Shown piece after piece: positions 18,593-27,340 of a stretch of DNA of 32,000 nt. The stretch spans positions 2,340,001-2,372,000 of the forward strand of contig FP565575.1 of the NCBI GenBank assembly GCA_000091165.1, read 5' to 3'. Every line of letters starts with the position of its first letter. Position 1 is the stretch's first letter. The notes under the pieces are model-generated. The model saw nothing but the letters and a program-made list of their open reading frames with translations. It made no database searches and was not told where the DNA came from. Made by a program: the position numbers and the translations under genes. This stretch comes from Candidatus Methylomirabilis oxygeniifera (GTDB lineage: Bacteria; Methylomirabilota; Methylomirabilia; Methylomirabilales; Methylomirabilaceae).

Positions 18593-19576
18593 AAGCGTCC
18601 CGCTGAGAATCCGCCGGGCCTCATCCTGCACCCTCGCTGCAAGGGCGGCGGGTTCGAGTACCCGGACCTTGCCGCCGAAGCTCAGAATCCATCCGACCAG
18701 TTCAGGCGTGTCCGCTACCGAGAGGGTCATCCTTAAGCGCCCACCCCTCAGGGGCGTCAGGGTCTGGCTCCGGTGCCACACCCGATCCTTCACCCAGGGG
18801 GCGGCGGATTTGCTGAACAGGAGCTCGACCGTGACCGGTTGCCCCCGCATGACCACGAGGGCATCCTGCACATGGGCCTCCAGATCGAAGCCGAGCGGCA
18901 TTTGATAGGGGTGATCGGTGACGGTAAGGGAGCGGATGCGGTCCACGGCAAACAGGCGCACCTCACCGCGCCAGTGGCAGTATGCAATCAGGTAGAGGGC
19001 GCCGGCTACATACCAGAGGCGATAGGGATCGACCTCTCTGCGCGTCGTGGCGTTGCGGGACGCGGAGTAGTATCGAATCTGGAGTGTACGAAGCTGAGCG
19101 ATCGCCTGCGTAACGCGATCGATCGTGTCCTGGTGTTGCCGATAGTTCTTGTGCGGGCCAAGCCCGACTGAGAAGAAGTCCTGCATCTGCCTGACGTAGG
19201 TCTGCCCCTGAGGGGGCAGGGCGGCGGTGGCCTTATTCAGGGCGGAGTCGAGGGCGCCCTTGATCGCGGTTCCTTCCAAGGGTCTGAGCAGGTCACGGCT
19301 GAACGTCAGTGCCATGAGTTCGGTTGGGGAAAACGCCAGGGTGGGGACGTGCCGGAAGCCATCCATGAGTCGCCAGCGGGTGTGGCCGTCGACGCGTTCG
19401 GTGATGAGCGGGAAGCCGGAAGCCTCCAGCGCCTCCAGATCCCGGCGGAGGGTGCGGGAGTGACGCCGGTAGTCGTCCGGCAGGCTTTCGGTGAGTTCCT
19501 CGATGGTCACGCCACGGGCAGACTCCAGCCTCCGAAGGAGATGCCATTGTCGGATCACCTGGTCGTTGCGCGACAT
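18587..19576 (-). CDS. WYL-domain transcriptional regulator (HTH-WYL-WCX, YafY-like)
   Basis: 329 aa. The N-terminal wHTH is RQWHLLRRLESARGVTIEELTESL. The central part, LRTLQIRYYSASRNATTRREVDPYRLWYVAGALYLIAYCHWRGEVRLFAVDRI, is a WYL-domain signature. A C-terminal extension follows. Confidence 0.85.
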   Translation of the reverse strand: MSRNDQVIRQWHLLRRLESARGVTIEELTESLPDDYRRHSRTLRRDLEALEASGFPLITERVDGHTRWRLMDGFRHVPTLAFSPTELMALTFSRDLLRPLEGTAIKGALDSALNKATAALPPQGQTYVRQMQDFFSVGLGPHKNYRQHQDTIDRVTQAIAQLRTLQIRYYSASRNATTRREVDPYRLWYVAGALYLIAYCHWRGEVRLFAVDRIRSLTVTDHPYQMPLGFDLEAHVQDALVVMRGQPVTVELLFSKSAAPWVKDRVWHRSQTLTPLRGGRLRMTLSVADTPELVGWILSFGGKVRVLEPAALAARVQDEARRILSGTLA

Positions 19577-19670
19577 TGCTCCTCCATCATCGCCGTGTAG
19601 GTGAGGACCGTTTAGCGTGGAGCTGCCTGCTGCTGCCCCCTATGGTGTCGAAGAGATGCGGGGGCGTCGG

Positions 19671-20075
19671 CTATGTGGGATGCTCCAGCAGTGTTACCGG
19701 CAGGCCTCGCTGGATGAGCCGGAAATCGTTATCTTTGGTGAAGATGGCCTTGCCGGCGGCGTTGGCTACTACGGCAATCATGAGGTCTGGGATGCTGATC
19801 CCGTTGATTCCCATGCGCTTAAGTCGAAACTGTACGTCGATGATCTCTTCCCACAGCGAGGTCGGTTCTTTTGCCAGCGGAAGCGCATCAAAATAGTCCT
19901 TCAACTCCCGGAATTGTCTTGGCGTCCGGGCTCCGGGGATGATTTCGGCTTTGATCAGGTTGCTGGTGCACACCCGTTCTTCCTCTAACAACTGATCGAG
20001 CGCCGCCGCATAGGGGGAGTCCCGCACTCTGAAAAATTCCAGCCAGACTGAGGTATCGACCAGGACATCGCTCAC
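19671..20075 (-). CDS. vapC: PIN-domain toxin VapC
   Basis: MSDVLVDTSVWLEFFR... and ..IPDLMIAVVANAAGKAIFTKDNDF. Confidence 0.88.
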   Translation of the reverse strand: MSDVLVDTSVWLEFFRVRDSPYAAALDQLLEEERVCTSNLIKAEIIPGARTPRQFRELKDYFDALPLAKEPTSLWEEIIDVQFRLKRMGINGISIPDLMIAVVANAAGKAIFTKDNDFRLIQRGLPVTLLEHPT

Positions 20076-20105
20076 CAGAACCTCACCTTTCGCTTTCGGC
20101 CACCG

Positions 20106-20312
20106 TCAGTGGGCAGTGGTTCGATCTTTCCTCAATCGCTTCAAGTCAACGTCGAGGTCGAGCCTTCCTCGCAATGATCGAAGCCGCTCGATCTTCTTGG
20201 ACTGAATCAACTTCTGGAGCGAGAGGATTACGGTACCGGTCATCGTCTTGGTACCGCATATCTTCTTGGCTTCCTCCAGCAGGTCCTTTGGCAGATCCAT
20301 GGTGGTTCTCAT
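20106..20312 (-). CDS. vapB: VapB-family antitoxin (MRTT..DLP..LLEEA type)
   Basis: 68 aa, MRTTMDLPKDLLEEAKKICGTKTMTGTVILSLQKLI. AAGGAGG lies 7 nt upstream of the ATG. Confidence 0.8.
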   Translation of the reverse strand: MRTTMDLPKDLLEEAKKICGTKTMTGTVILSLQKLIQSKKIERLRSLRGRLDLDVDLKRLRKDRTTAH

Positions 20313-20327
20313 AGGCTAGCCTCCTTT

Positions 20328-20369
20328 ATGCATATATGTAATGCATTATAGTATCCATATATTATGCAT
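20328..20369 (-). promoter_or_regulatory. AT-rich promoter/operator with three ATGCAT palindromes upstream of vapB
   Basis: ATGCAT at 20328-20333, 20341-20346 and 20364-20369. The minus strand reads TTGACATGATGCATAATATATGGATACTATAATGCATTACATATATGCATAAAGGAGG. Confidence 0.5.
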
Positions 20370-20501
20370 CATGTCAATCGTAACTCTCCGAATCGGCTTT
20401 CCGCCAGCCTCCCTTCATCCAGTATTTGGGGTACGTGGCCCCTGGGGAACACGATGAGATTGCCGCGCTCCCAGTGGTCGCTCGCAATGACCCCGAGAGG
20501 G

Positions 20502-22235
20502 TTAGGCGACGTTGGGGCGGGGTTTGTGGGCCCAGGTCAGCAGCGTATTCACGGGCCAGGCATTGATGACGTCGGATTTTTCAACCCAGGCGCGGCGGGC
20601 GACGGCTACGCCGAGGGACATATTGTCGAGCTGATCGAGGACGTGGGTATCGGTACTGATGGCAAGCTTGATCCCCAACTCCTTGGCCCGTCGCGCATGG
20701 TGGTCGTTCAGGTCAAGGCGCGACGGTTGAGCATTGATCTCCAGCGCCTTGTCGTACTGTTTGGCCGCCGCGAAGACCGCCTCCATATCCACGTCGTAGG
20801 GGTCGCGCTCGCCGATCAGACGCCCGGTCGGATGGGCGAAGATGTGGACGTAGGGATTGCTGAGCGCCCTGACGATGCGGGCGGTCATCCCGGCCCGATC
20901 CTGCTTGAAGCGTGAGTGGACGGCGCAGACCACGATGTCAAGCTGGGCCAACACACGGTCGGAGAAGTCCAGGCTCCCGTCGGCCAGGATGTCGCACTCG
21001 CTACCCGCCAGGATTCGGATCGTTGTGTACTTCTTGCTGAGGGCGCGGATCCGGCCGATCTGTTCGAGCAGCTTCTCCTCGGAGAGGCCGCCGGCGACGG
21101 TAGCCGCTCGGGAGTGGTCGGAGACGATGATATACTCGTATCCCTTCCGCTGAGCCGTCTCGATGAGTGTCTCCAGAGAATGATGGCCGTCGGTCCAGTT
21201 GGTGTGGGCGTGTAAATCGCCGCGCAGGTCGGCCAGCGTCAACAGCTCCGGCAGGCGCCCTTCGAGGGCCGCCTCGACCTCGCCGGCGTCTTCCCGAAGC
21301 TCGGGCGGGATGTACGGCAGGCCGATCGTTTCGTAGACCTCCTCCTCGGTGGCACCGGCGATTCGCGTGCCGGTAGCCTCCTTGAAGACGCCATACTCGC
21401 TGACCTTCAGCCCTTTACGGACCGCGAGCTCCCGCACTCGGATGTTGTGGGCTTTGGAGCCGGTGAAGTACTGCAGTGCGGCGCCGAAGCAATCGGGCTC
21501 GACGACCCGGAGGTCTACCTGGATCCCATCCCGATGACGGATGGTTGCCTTGGTCTCACCCTGGAGCAGCACCTCCGCGACCTGCGGGAGGGACGTGAAA
21601 ACCGCCATGACCGTGGCCGGCTTTGTTGACGTGGCCAGGAGGTCAAGGTCTTTAACGGTCTCGCGCATCCGCCGAAGGCTGCCGGCCAGGCTGATCTGTG
21701 TGACCTCGGGGAGCGTCTCAAGGATCCGAACCAGCTCGAGGGCGAGCGGTAGGGCCCGGCCCAACGGCATCCGCTCCCGCCCCGTCTTGACGACCTGGAT
21801 CCCTTTGAGAATATTGTCGACCGTCTTCTGCTTGATCCCAGGCAGGCCAAGCAGCTTCCCTTGGAGGGCGAGGGTCTCCAGCCTCTCGACCGAATCGACC
21901 TGGAGTTGCTGGAAGAGGAGCTTGGTGGTCTTGGGTCCGACGCCCGGAATCGCCATCAGCTCGACCACGCCACGGGGGATCGCCGTGCGCAGCTCTTCCA
22001 GATATTCGATGCGCCCGGTCTCGATCGCCTGTTGGATCTTGGCCGCCAGATCCTTGCCGATCCCCGCGATCTCGGCGAGGCCGCCTCGCGCTGCTACTGC
22101 CTCGATCTCCTCGGTTAAGGATTCCAGGTTCATAGCCGCCCGGCGGTAGGCCCGGATCTTGAAGATGTTTTCGTCCTGGATCTCCAGCAGGTCGGCGATT
22201 TCGTGAAACAGCTTGGCGATGTCGAGGTTGCTCAT
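20502..22235 (-). CDS. polX: family X DNA polymerase with C-terminal PHP domain (PolX)
   Basis: 577 aa. MSNLDIAKLFHEIADLLEIQDENIFKIRAYRRAA (HhH N-terminus), the Pol-beta-like core, and PHP histidines (DLHAHTNWTDG, ..AVHSRF.., ..ISTDTH). Confidence 0.9.
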   Translation of the reverse strand: MSNLDIAKLFHEIADLLEIQDENIFKIRAYRRAAMNLESLTEEIEAVAARGGLAEIAGIGKDLAAKIQQAIETGRIEYLEELRTAIPRGVVELMAIPGVGPKTTKLLFQQLQVDSVERLETLALQGKLLGLPGIKQKTVDNILKGIQVVKTGRERMPLGRALPLALELVRILETLPEVTQISLAGSLRRMRETVKDLDLLATSTKPATVMAVFTSLPQVAEVLLQGETKATIRHRDGIQVDLRVVEPDCFGAALQYFTGSKAHNIRVRELAVRKGLKVSEYGVFKEATGTRIAGATEEEVYETIGLPYIPPELREDAGEVEAALEGRLPELLTLADLRGDLHAHTNWTDGHHSLETLIETAQRKGYEYIIVSDHSRAATVAGGLSEEKLLEQIGRIRALSKKYTTIRILAGSECDILADGSLDFSDRVLAQLDIVVCAVHSRFKQDRAGMTARIVRALSNPYVHIFAHPTGRLIGERDPYDVDMEAVFAAAKQYDKALEINAQPSRLDLNDHHARRAKELGIKLAISTDTHVLDQLDNMSLGVAVARRAWVEKSDVINAWPVNTLLTWAHKPRPNVA

Positions 22236-22275
22236 GGCGTTGCCGAATCATGCTGGGCGTGAGGTGGGAAGGCTG

Positions 22276-22295
22276 CCCCGGACACCGATCCGGGG
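22276..22295 (-). terminator. 7-bp GC hairpin between lpxC stop and polX start
   Basis: CCCCGGA CACCGA TCCGGGG. No T-tract follows, so it is only a possible terminator or attenuator. Confidence 0.25.
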
Positions 22296-22329
22296 TGCGT
22301 GGTGTGGAGGGTCGTACGCGGGAATCCGA

Positions 22330-23253
22330 TTACGAAGGGACGACCTCAAGCGATCGTTCCGGCTGAAGCAGCGGTCGTGCCCATCGCTCAATCACGCCGC
22401 TACAGACGGAAGCCGGATACTCCAGGTCCAGATGGCGCTGGATCTCCCGTACGAGCCTGGTATGCAGGTGGTGACCGGCGCCGTGAGCAATGATGGTCCC
22501 GACGACAGGCCGGCCAAGGAGATAGAGATCGCCCAGCAGGTCGAGGACCTTATGGCGGACCAGCTCGTCTCTGAATCGGAGATCGCCGTTGAGCACACCT
22601 CCCTCACCGATCACGATCGCATTGTCAAACGACCCGCCCAGGCCCAGGTTGCGACGGCGAAGCTCTTCGATATCCTTCAGGAACCCGTAGGTGCGGCAAG
22701 ACGCAATCTCTCTGGCGAACATCTCCCTGGTGATGTTGAAGGCAGCCGACTGTTCTCCCAGGAGCGGGTGGTCGAAGCGCATCGTATAGATAACCTGAAG
22801 ACGCTTTGAAGGAACGATCTGAATGCTCGATCGCTCGGTTTCGACAACCAGACGCTCTTTAATCTTGAGATACGTCCTGGCGACCATCTGTCGTTTGAGG
22901 CCTGCTTTCCTGATCAACTCGACAAACGGCGCAGCGCTGCCATCCATGGCGGGAACCTCTTCGCCGTCGAGTTCTACCAGGACATTATCCAACCCCGTCC
23001 CCGCAAACGCCGCCATCAGGTGTTCGATGGTCCTCACCTTCATACCATCCTTGCCGATGGTGGTCGCATGATGGACATCGACAATGTGGGCGGGCTTGGC
23101 CTCGATCGTTGGGGCGAAGGGAAGATCGATGCGCTTAAATACGACGCCGGAGTTCGCCGGAGCGGGACGGAGAGCCATCTTGACCGACTGGCCGGTATGA
23201 ATCCCTGTTCCTTTACAGGTGGCTAGCGTCTGAAGCGTTCGCTGATGGCTCAC
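22330..23253 (-). CDS. lpxC: UDP-3-O-acyl-N-acetylglucosamine deacetylase
   Basis: 307 aa. TLATCKGTGIHTGQSVKMALRPAPANSGVVFKRIDL and ..IEHLMAAFAGTGLDNVLVELDGEEVPAMDGSA.. are typical LpxC motifs. Confidence 0.92.
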   Translation of the reverse strand: MSHQRTLQTLATCKGTGIHTGQSVKMALRPAPANSGVVFKRIDLPFAPTIEAKPAHIVDVHHATTIGKDGMKVRTIEHLMAAFAGTGLDNVLVELDGEEVPAMDGSAAPFVELIRKAGLKRQMVARTYLKIKERLVVETERSSIQIVPSKRLQVIYTMRFDHPLLGEQSAAFNITREMFAREIASCRTYGFLKDIEELRRRNLGLGGSFDNAIVIGEGGVLNGDLRFRDELVRHKVLDLLGDLYLLGRPVVGTIIAHGAGHHLHTRLVREIQRHLDLEYPASVCSGVIERWARPLLQPERSLEVVPS

Positions 23254-23374
23254 AATGATCTCCTCATCAGACCTGTTCTGTCTGAGCTAATTCCCACTCC
23301 CGCACACGCGAAATAACAAAGATTGTACTCGAAGACTCCGATTTTCGCAAGTCGTGCAGCAGCAGCGGTTATTG

Positions 23375-23872
23375 TCACCTTGATGCCCACCGTTGAAAGA
23401 GTCGCTGAACGGCATCACAACAGGGCAGGTCTCTGAGAGGACTCAGCAGGGTGGCCATACCTGCCTCAACCGCAGGTGACACTGCCGGGATCCTTTGCCT
23501 CCTGCGATAAGAGGGTTGTGGGGTAGCATACTGGCGGGGTCGGCCGATTCTCAGCGCAATCTCGTCCACCGCCGGCTCGCCGACCTCTTTGTTCAGGATT
23601 GTTTTCAACTGGTGGCGCAACATGTGGAGCTCATGCATCCAGATGGGATCCTCGACGCAGAGGTATAGGCAACCGTTCCTGAAATCCTCGACGCTCGCCC
23701 GCTCCTTGATTCGACCGGCTATAGCCCGATCCCAGGCCCGAAGGAGCGCAAGGTGACGGACAACCCGGCCGAAACCCAGCCCTTGCAGGCTGCTCTCAAG
23801 GATGTCCGCACATCTGGCGGGGGTAGTTTGGATGTTCCTGTGTGCGGACCTGGCGGCCTTCACCCGGCACAC
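23375..23872 (-). CDS. DUF721/DciA-like protein
   Basis: LALLRAWDRAIAGRIKERASVEDFRNGCLYLCVEDPIWMHELHMLRHQLKTILNKEVG fits the DUF721 pattern. The start codon is uncertain (GTG at 23872 or 23863). Confidence 0.6.
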   Translation of the reverse strand: MCRVKAARSAHRNIQTTPARCADILESSLQGLGFGRVVRHLALLRAWDRAIAGRIKERASVEDFRNGCLYLCVEDPIWMHELHMLRHQLKTILNKEVGEPAVDEIALRIGRPRQYATPQPSYRRRQRIPAVSPAVEAGMATLLSPLRDLPCCDAVQRLFQRWASR

Positions 23873-23908
23873 TCCACTGTTGACGCCATATTTACCGTCC
23901 GCTCACAA

Positions 23909-24391
23909 TTATCCCTCGCCGCGAGAGACTCCGGATAAGGCTTCATTGATCGCGCGGTTCGCGAGTGCGTCCGCCTGACGGTTCAGCTCACGACCGATAT
24001 GCTCAACCGATAGCCGACAGCTTGCCGTCGATAGCTGATGCATGAGGTTGAGCGCTTGCGTGTACAACTCGGCGAGACGCGGGCTTTTGACCCGATACCT
24101 GCCCTGAACCTGTCTAACCAATAGTTCGGAGTCGGATCGAATCTTGACGACAGCGGGCTGAAGCTTTTCGGCCTCCCTCAGCGACAAAAGGAGCGCTTTA
24201 TATTCAGCCACGTTGTTGGTCGCCTTGCCGATGTATTGGTAGAAGGTCCGGCGCAACAGCCCATCCTCTGCCTCCAGCATCACGCCGATCCCGGCCGGTC
24301 CCGGATTTCCGCGAGCGGCTCCGTCGATGTGAATGACCAAGTGCAGCCCTGGCGGGGCCTGGCCGGTGTCCAGCTCCTCCGCGCCCTGCAC
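23909..24391 (-). CDS. rnhA: RNase HI-family ribonuclease
   Basis: IHIDGAARGNPGPAGIGVML...NNVAEYKALLLSLREA...RSDSELLVRQVQG..NRQADALAN shows the DEDD residues. The preferred GTG start at 24391 follows AAGGAG, which is embedded in the last codons of the upstream gene. The ORF-track start at 24427 would overlap that gene by 31 nt. Confidence 0.8.
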   Translation of the reverse strand: MQGAEELDTGQAPPGLHLVIHIDGAARGNPGPAGIGVMLEAEDGLLRRTFYQYIGKATNNVAEYKALLLSLREAEKLQPAVVKIRSDSELLVRQVQGRYRVKSPRLAELYTQALNLMHQLSTASCRLSVEHIGRELNRQADALANRAINEALSGVSRGEG

Positions 24392-24396
24392 CGTCG

Positions 24397-25113
24397 CTAC
24401 TCCTTCCAATAGAGAATCCGACCGCATCCTTCGCAGGTGCGAATCGCCTCATTCCGGCGAATCTCTAAGTACAACTGAGGCGTGAGGGTGACGTGGCATC
24501 CTTCGCAGGAACGGCCCGTTGCATTCGCTACCGCCAGGCCATCCCGACTCTTCAGGAGTCGCAGGTATAACTGCAACAGCGATGCCTCGACGCCCCCCGA
24601 CCGGCCTTCCCGGGTCTTCCGTACTATCGCCAGGCGACTTTGTAGTTTATGCAACTCGCCTTCCCGCTCCTGTTTATTCTTCAGGAACTCCGCCTGCGTG
24701 ACCCGGACCTTCTCCTCCTCCTGAACCTGAATCTTTACAGCGCCATCGATCGCATCGAGGGTAACAAGGACCTCTTCCTCCAACAACGAAATCTTCTGCT
24801 TCAGTCCCTCGACCTCCTTCAGGGTGGCGGTGTATTCCTGGTTCGTCTTGATCTCAAATAAACGTCCCTGTCGCTTTTTCAGCTCTCTGCCGGATTCATC
24901 CAGATCGCGCTCCTTCTGGCGGCGAAGCTTTTGGAGTGTGTCCACCTCAGCGGTAGTCGCCTCCAGGGCTGCTTTGGCACGGACCAATTGCTGCTCCATC
25001 ATTCGGATCTGGTCGGGGATGGCGGCGATAGCTCCCTCGAGTACAAAGATTTCGGCATCGAGCCCCTGTAGTTGGACGAGCTGCTCTAAGTCCTGAAGCA
25101 CGCTTTCCTCCAC
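24397..25113 (-). CDS. COG1579-type coiled-coil protein with C-terminal C4 zinc ribbon
   Basis: 238 aa. A long heptad-rich coiled coil is followed by GRSCEGCHVTLTPQ....IRTCEGCGRILY. GTG start at 25113. Confidence 0.75.
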   Translation of the reverse strand: MEESVLQDLEQLVQLQGLDAEIFVLEGAIAAIPDQIRMMEQQLVRAKAALEATTAEVDTLQKLRRQKERDLDESGRELKKRQGRLFEIKTNQEYTATLKEVEGLKQKISLLEEEVLVTLDAIDGAVKIQVQEEEKVRVTQAEFLKNKQEREGELHKLQSRLAIVRKTREGRSGGVEASLLQLYLRLLKSRDGLAVANATGRSCEGCHVTLTPQLYLEIRRNEAIRTCEGCGRILYWKE

Positions 25114-25116
25114 TAT

Positions 25117-25149
25117 GATCAGCTAACAGCTTTTCGCTGAGTGCTAAGT
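25117..25149 (+). repeat. heptanucleotide repeats in dyad arrangement
   Basis: GATCAGC TAACAGC ttttc GCTGAGT GCTAAGT. Confidence 0.55.
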
Positions 25150-25159
25150 CGATCGAGTC

Positions 25160-25186
25160 TATTGAGTCGACGTGATCGACTCAATA
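25160..25186. other. 11-bp perfect hairpin downstream of the tRNA
   Basis: TATTGAGTCGA cgtga TCGACTCAATA. No T-tract. Possibly a tRNA 3' processing or termination structure. Confidence 0.4.
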
Positions 25187-25217
25187 ACCCAACAGACCCA
25201 ATGGATCGCTGCTTACG

Positions 25218-25294
25218 TGGTGGGCCCACCTGGACTCGAACCAGGGACGACCCGGTTATGAGCCGGGGGCTCTAACCAACTGAGCTATGGGCCC
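25218..25294 (-). tRNA. tRNA with CAT anticodon (elongator Met or lysidine-modified Ile2), CCA encoded
   Basis: Reverse complement is GGGCCCATAGCTCAGTTGGTTAGAGCCCCCGGCTCATAACCGGGTCGTCCCTGGTTCGAGTCCAGGTGGGCCCACCA. It forms a clean cloverleaf with 7-bp acceptor, GCTC/GAGC D stem, CCCGG/CCGGG anticodon stem and a TTCGAGT T-loop. The paired 1:72 G-C and the absence of the GGG/CCC anticodon-stem signature argue against an initiator. Confidence 0.92.
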
Positions 25295-25302
25295 AAACGA
25301 GC

Positions 25303-25344
25303 GATCAGCCGTCAGCTCGATAGCGGCTGAGTGCTGAGCGCTGA
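25303..25344 (+). repeat. heptanucleotide repeats in dyad arrangement between rpoD stop and tRNA
   Basis: GATCAGC CGTCAGC tcgata GCGGCTGA GTGCTGA GCGCTGA. TCAGCCG can pair with CGGCTGA. Possible rpoD terminator or tRNA upstream element. Confidence 0.55.
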
Positions 25345-25351
25345 GTGCCGC

Positions 25352-27316
25352 CTAAGATTCCACAAAGCTCTTGAGCTTCCTGCTCCGAGTGGGATGCCGG
25401 AGCTTCCGCAGCGCCTTGGCCTCAATCTGTCTGATCCGCTCGCGGGTGACATCAAACTGCTGGCCGACTTCCTCCAAGGTATGATCTCGCCCGTCCCCGA
25501 GCCCGAAACGGAGCTTCAGGATCTTTTGCTCCCGTTCCGTCAGCGTCTCGAGCACCTGCTCGGTCTGACCGCTCAAGTTCATACCGATGACGGCTTCGAT
25601 TGGGGAGATGACGCCTTTATCCTCGATGAAGTCACCGAGATGGGATCCTTCCTCCTCTCCAATAGGTGTTTCCAGGGAGATCGGTTCCTGGGCGATCTTC
25701 AGGACTTTCCTGACCTTATCCACCGGCAGATCGATCTTCTGGGCGATCTCCTCCGGTGTCGGCTCCCGGCCGAATTCCTGAACCAGATACCGGGAGGCGC
25801 GGGTCAGCTTGTTGATGGTCTCGATCATGTGAACAGGGATCCGGATAGTGCGGGCCTGATCGGCAATCGCTCGCGTGATGGCCTGGCGAACCCACCACGT
25901 GGCATACGTGCTGAACTTATATCCTCGCTGATACTCAAACTTGTCGACTGCCCGCATCAGGCCGATGTTCCCCTCCTGAATCAGGTCAAGGAACTGGAGG
26001 CCGCGATTGGTATATTTCTTTGCGATACTGATCACCAGACGGAGGTTGGCCTCCACCATCTCCTTCTTCGCCAGGTGCGCCTTTCGCTCGCCGGTGGTAA
26101 TGGCATGAAGCAAGGACCGCAACTCCTTGCCGGAGGCATCAGCTTCTTCTTCGACCCTTCGGATCTTCCGCTGGATCGCCGCGACGGCGTGCTCACATTC
26201 ATCCAGTCCCTTCCGGTCGAGCCCCGTCCGGCGGAGAATGCCTCGTATGGCGGTCGTCTTGCCCCGGCCGTTGCCGGCAATGATCCTGATATCCTCCATA
26301 GACAGGTGGTGGACTCGCGCCACCTCACGAAGCTCTTGCTCGCCCTGTTCAATCCGTTCCAGAAGATTGCGAATCCTGGCCACCACCCGGTCAATAACCC
26401 GCTGGTTCACATGAAGCTTGCGAATCAGAGTGGCCTGCGCTGCTTTGCGGTGCGCCAACTCATCCAAGATCCGCTGCTGCCACCGCTCGCTCAGGCGGCC
26501 GACCCCACGCTGGTAACGGCGTCGGAGGCTGTCGATCTTCACCTGCTCATCGCGGAGGGCTTCCAGGGTCGGGGTGTGTTCGGCCAGTAACTCGCGCTCT
26601 TTTTGCTCGGAGATCTCGTCAAACTCATTGAGCGAGAGCAGCTCATAAATACGAGCTTTCTCGTGCAACAGTCGTTCTCCGATTTCGGTAATCTCTCGAA
26701 CCGCGACTCCTGCCTGACAGACGGCTTCAGCGACCTCTTTGTGGCCGTCTTCGATCCGTTTCGCAATCTGAATCTCGCCCTCACGAGTCAGCAGCGGGGT
26801 TTTCCCCATCTCCCGCAGATACATCCGAACGGGATCGTCGGTCCTGCCGACGGACGATGGAATCAGCTCCGGCTCCACCTCGGCGCCCTCTTCTTCCTGC
26901 TGGGGCGCGGGTGATCTGGTTGTCTTGGTTCGCTCCGCCTCATCGACAACCTCGATATCCATCTCATCGAACAGGTTGAGGATCTTGTCGATCTGGTCGC
27001 CGGAGGTGACCTCTTCCGGGAGAAAGCTGTTCACTTCATCATAGGTCAGGTAGCCCTTTTTCCGTCCCAGTGACACCAGCGGCTTGATCCCCTCTTTGAG
27101 AGCGGCCGAGACGACCGTCGTCGGTTTCTTGGCGCTTTTCGAGCCTGCATTGCTGCGAGCGCCCTTTGCCGCTGAGGTCGCCGGAGCCGCCTCTGTCTTA
27201 TCCTGTGTACTCAAGGCCGCCCGCTTATGAGCCGCTTGAAGAGGACGCGACGTCTGACGAGGCGTTCTCCATCGAGTAGCCTTTGACGGTCGTCTTGGCT
27301 TATGCGCATTTGCCAT
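25352..27316 (-). CDS. rpoD: primary RNA polymerase sigma factor RpoD (sigma-70)
   Basis: Region 2 reads [73 protein letters not shown], and region 4 reads [29 protein letters not shown]. The preferred start is the ATG at 27316 (MANAHK) behind AAGGGAGA, not the TTG at 27337. Confidence 0.95.
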   Translation of the reverse strand: MANAHKPRRPSKATRWRTPRQTSRPLQAAHKRAALSTQDKTEAAPATSAAKGARSNAGSKSAKKPTTVVSAALKEGIKPLVSLGRKKGYLTYDEVNSFLPEEVTSGDQIDKILNLFDEMDIEVVDEAERTKTTRSPAPQQEEEGAEVEPELIPSSVGRTDDPVRMYLREMGKTPLLTREGEIQIAKRIEDGHKEVAEAVCQAGVAVREITEIGERLLHEKARIYELLSLNEFDEISEQKERELLAEHTPTLEALRDEQVKIDSLRRRYQRGVGRLSERWQQRILDELAHRKAAQATLIRKLHVNQRVIDRVVARIRNLLERIEQGEQELREVARVHHLSMEDIRIIAGNGRGKTTAIRGILRRTGLDRKGLDECEHAVAAIQRKIRRVEEEADASGKELRSLLHAITTGERKAHLAKKEMVEANLRLVISIAKKYTNRGLQFLDLIQEGNIGLMRAVDKFEYQRGYKFSTYATWWVRQAITRAIADQARTIRIPVHMIETINKLTRASRYLVQEFGREPTPEEIAQKIDLPVDKVRKVLKIAQEPISLETPIGEEEGSHLGDFIEDKGVISPIEAVIGMNLSGQTEQVLETLTEREQKILKLRFGLGDGRDHTLEEVGQQFDVTRERIRQIEAKALRKLRHPTRSRKLKSFVES

Positions 27317-27340
27317 GCTGTCTCCCTTTTCTACCAAGCT

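Noticed and set aside
20364-20915. 183-aa + ORF spanning the island edge and the polX 3' end
   Set aside because: Its N-terminus is the translated intergenic repeat (..RSQWSLAMT..), and the rest is antisense to the PolX PHP domain.
25331-26590. 419-aa + strand ORF
   Set aside because: It is antisense to rpoD, whose sigma-70 regions 2-4 are unmistakable, and it has no recognisable domains.
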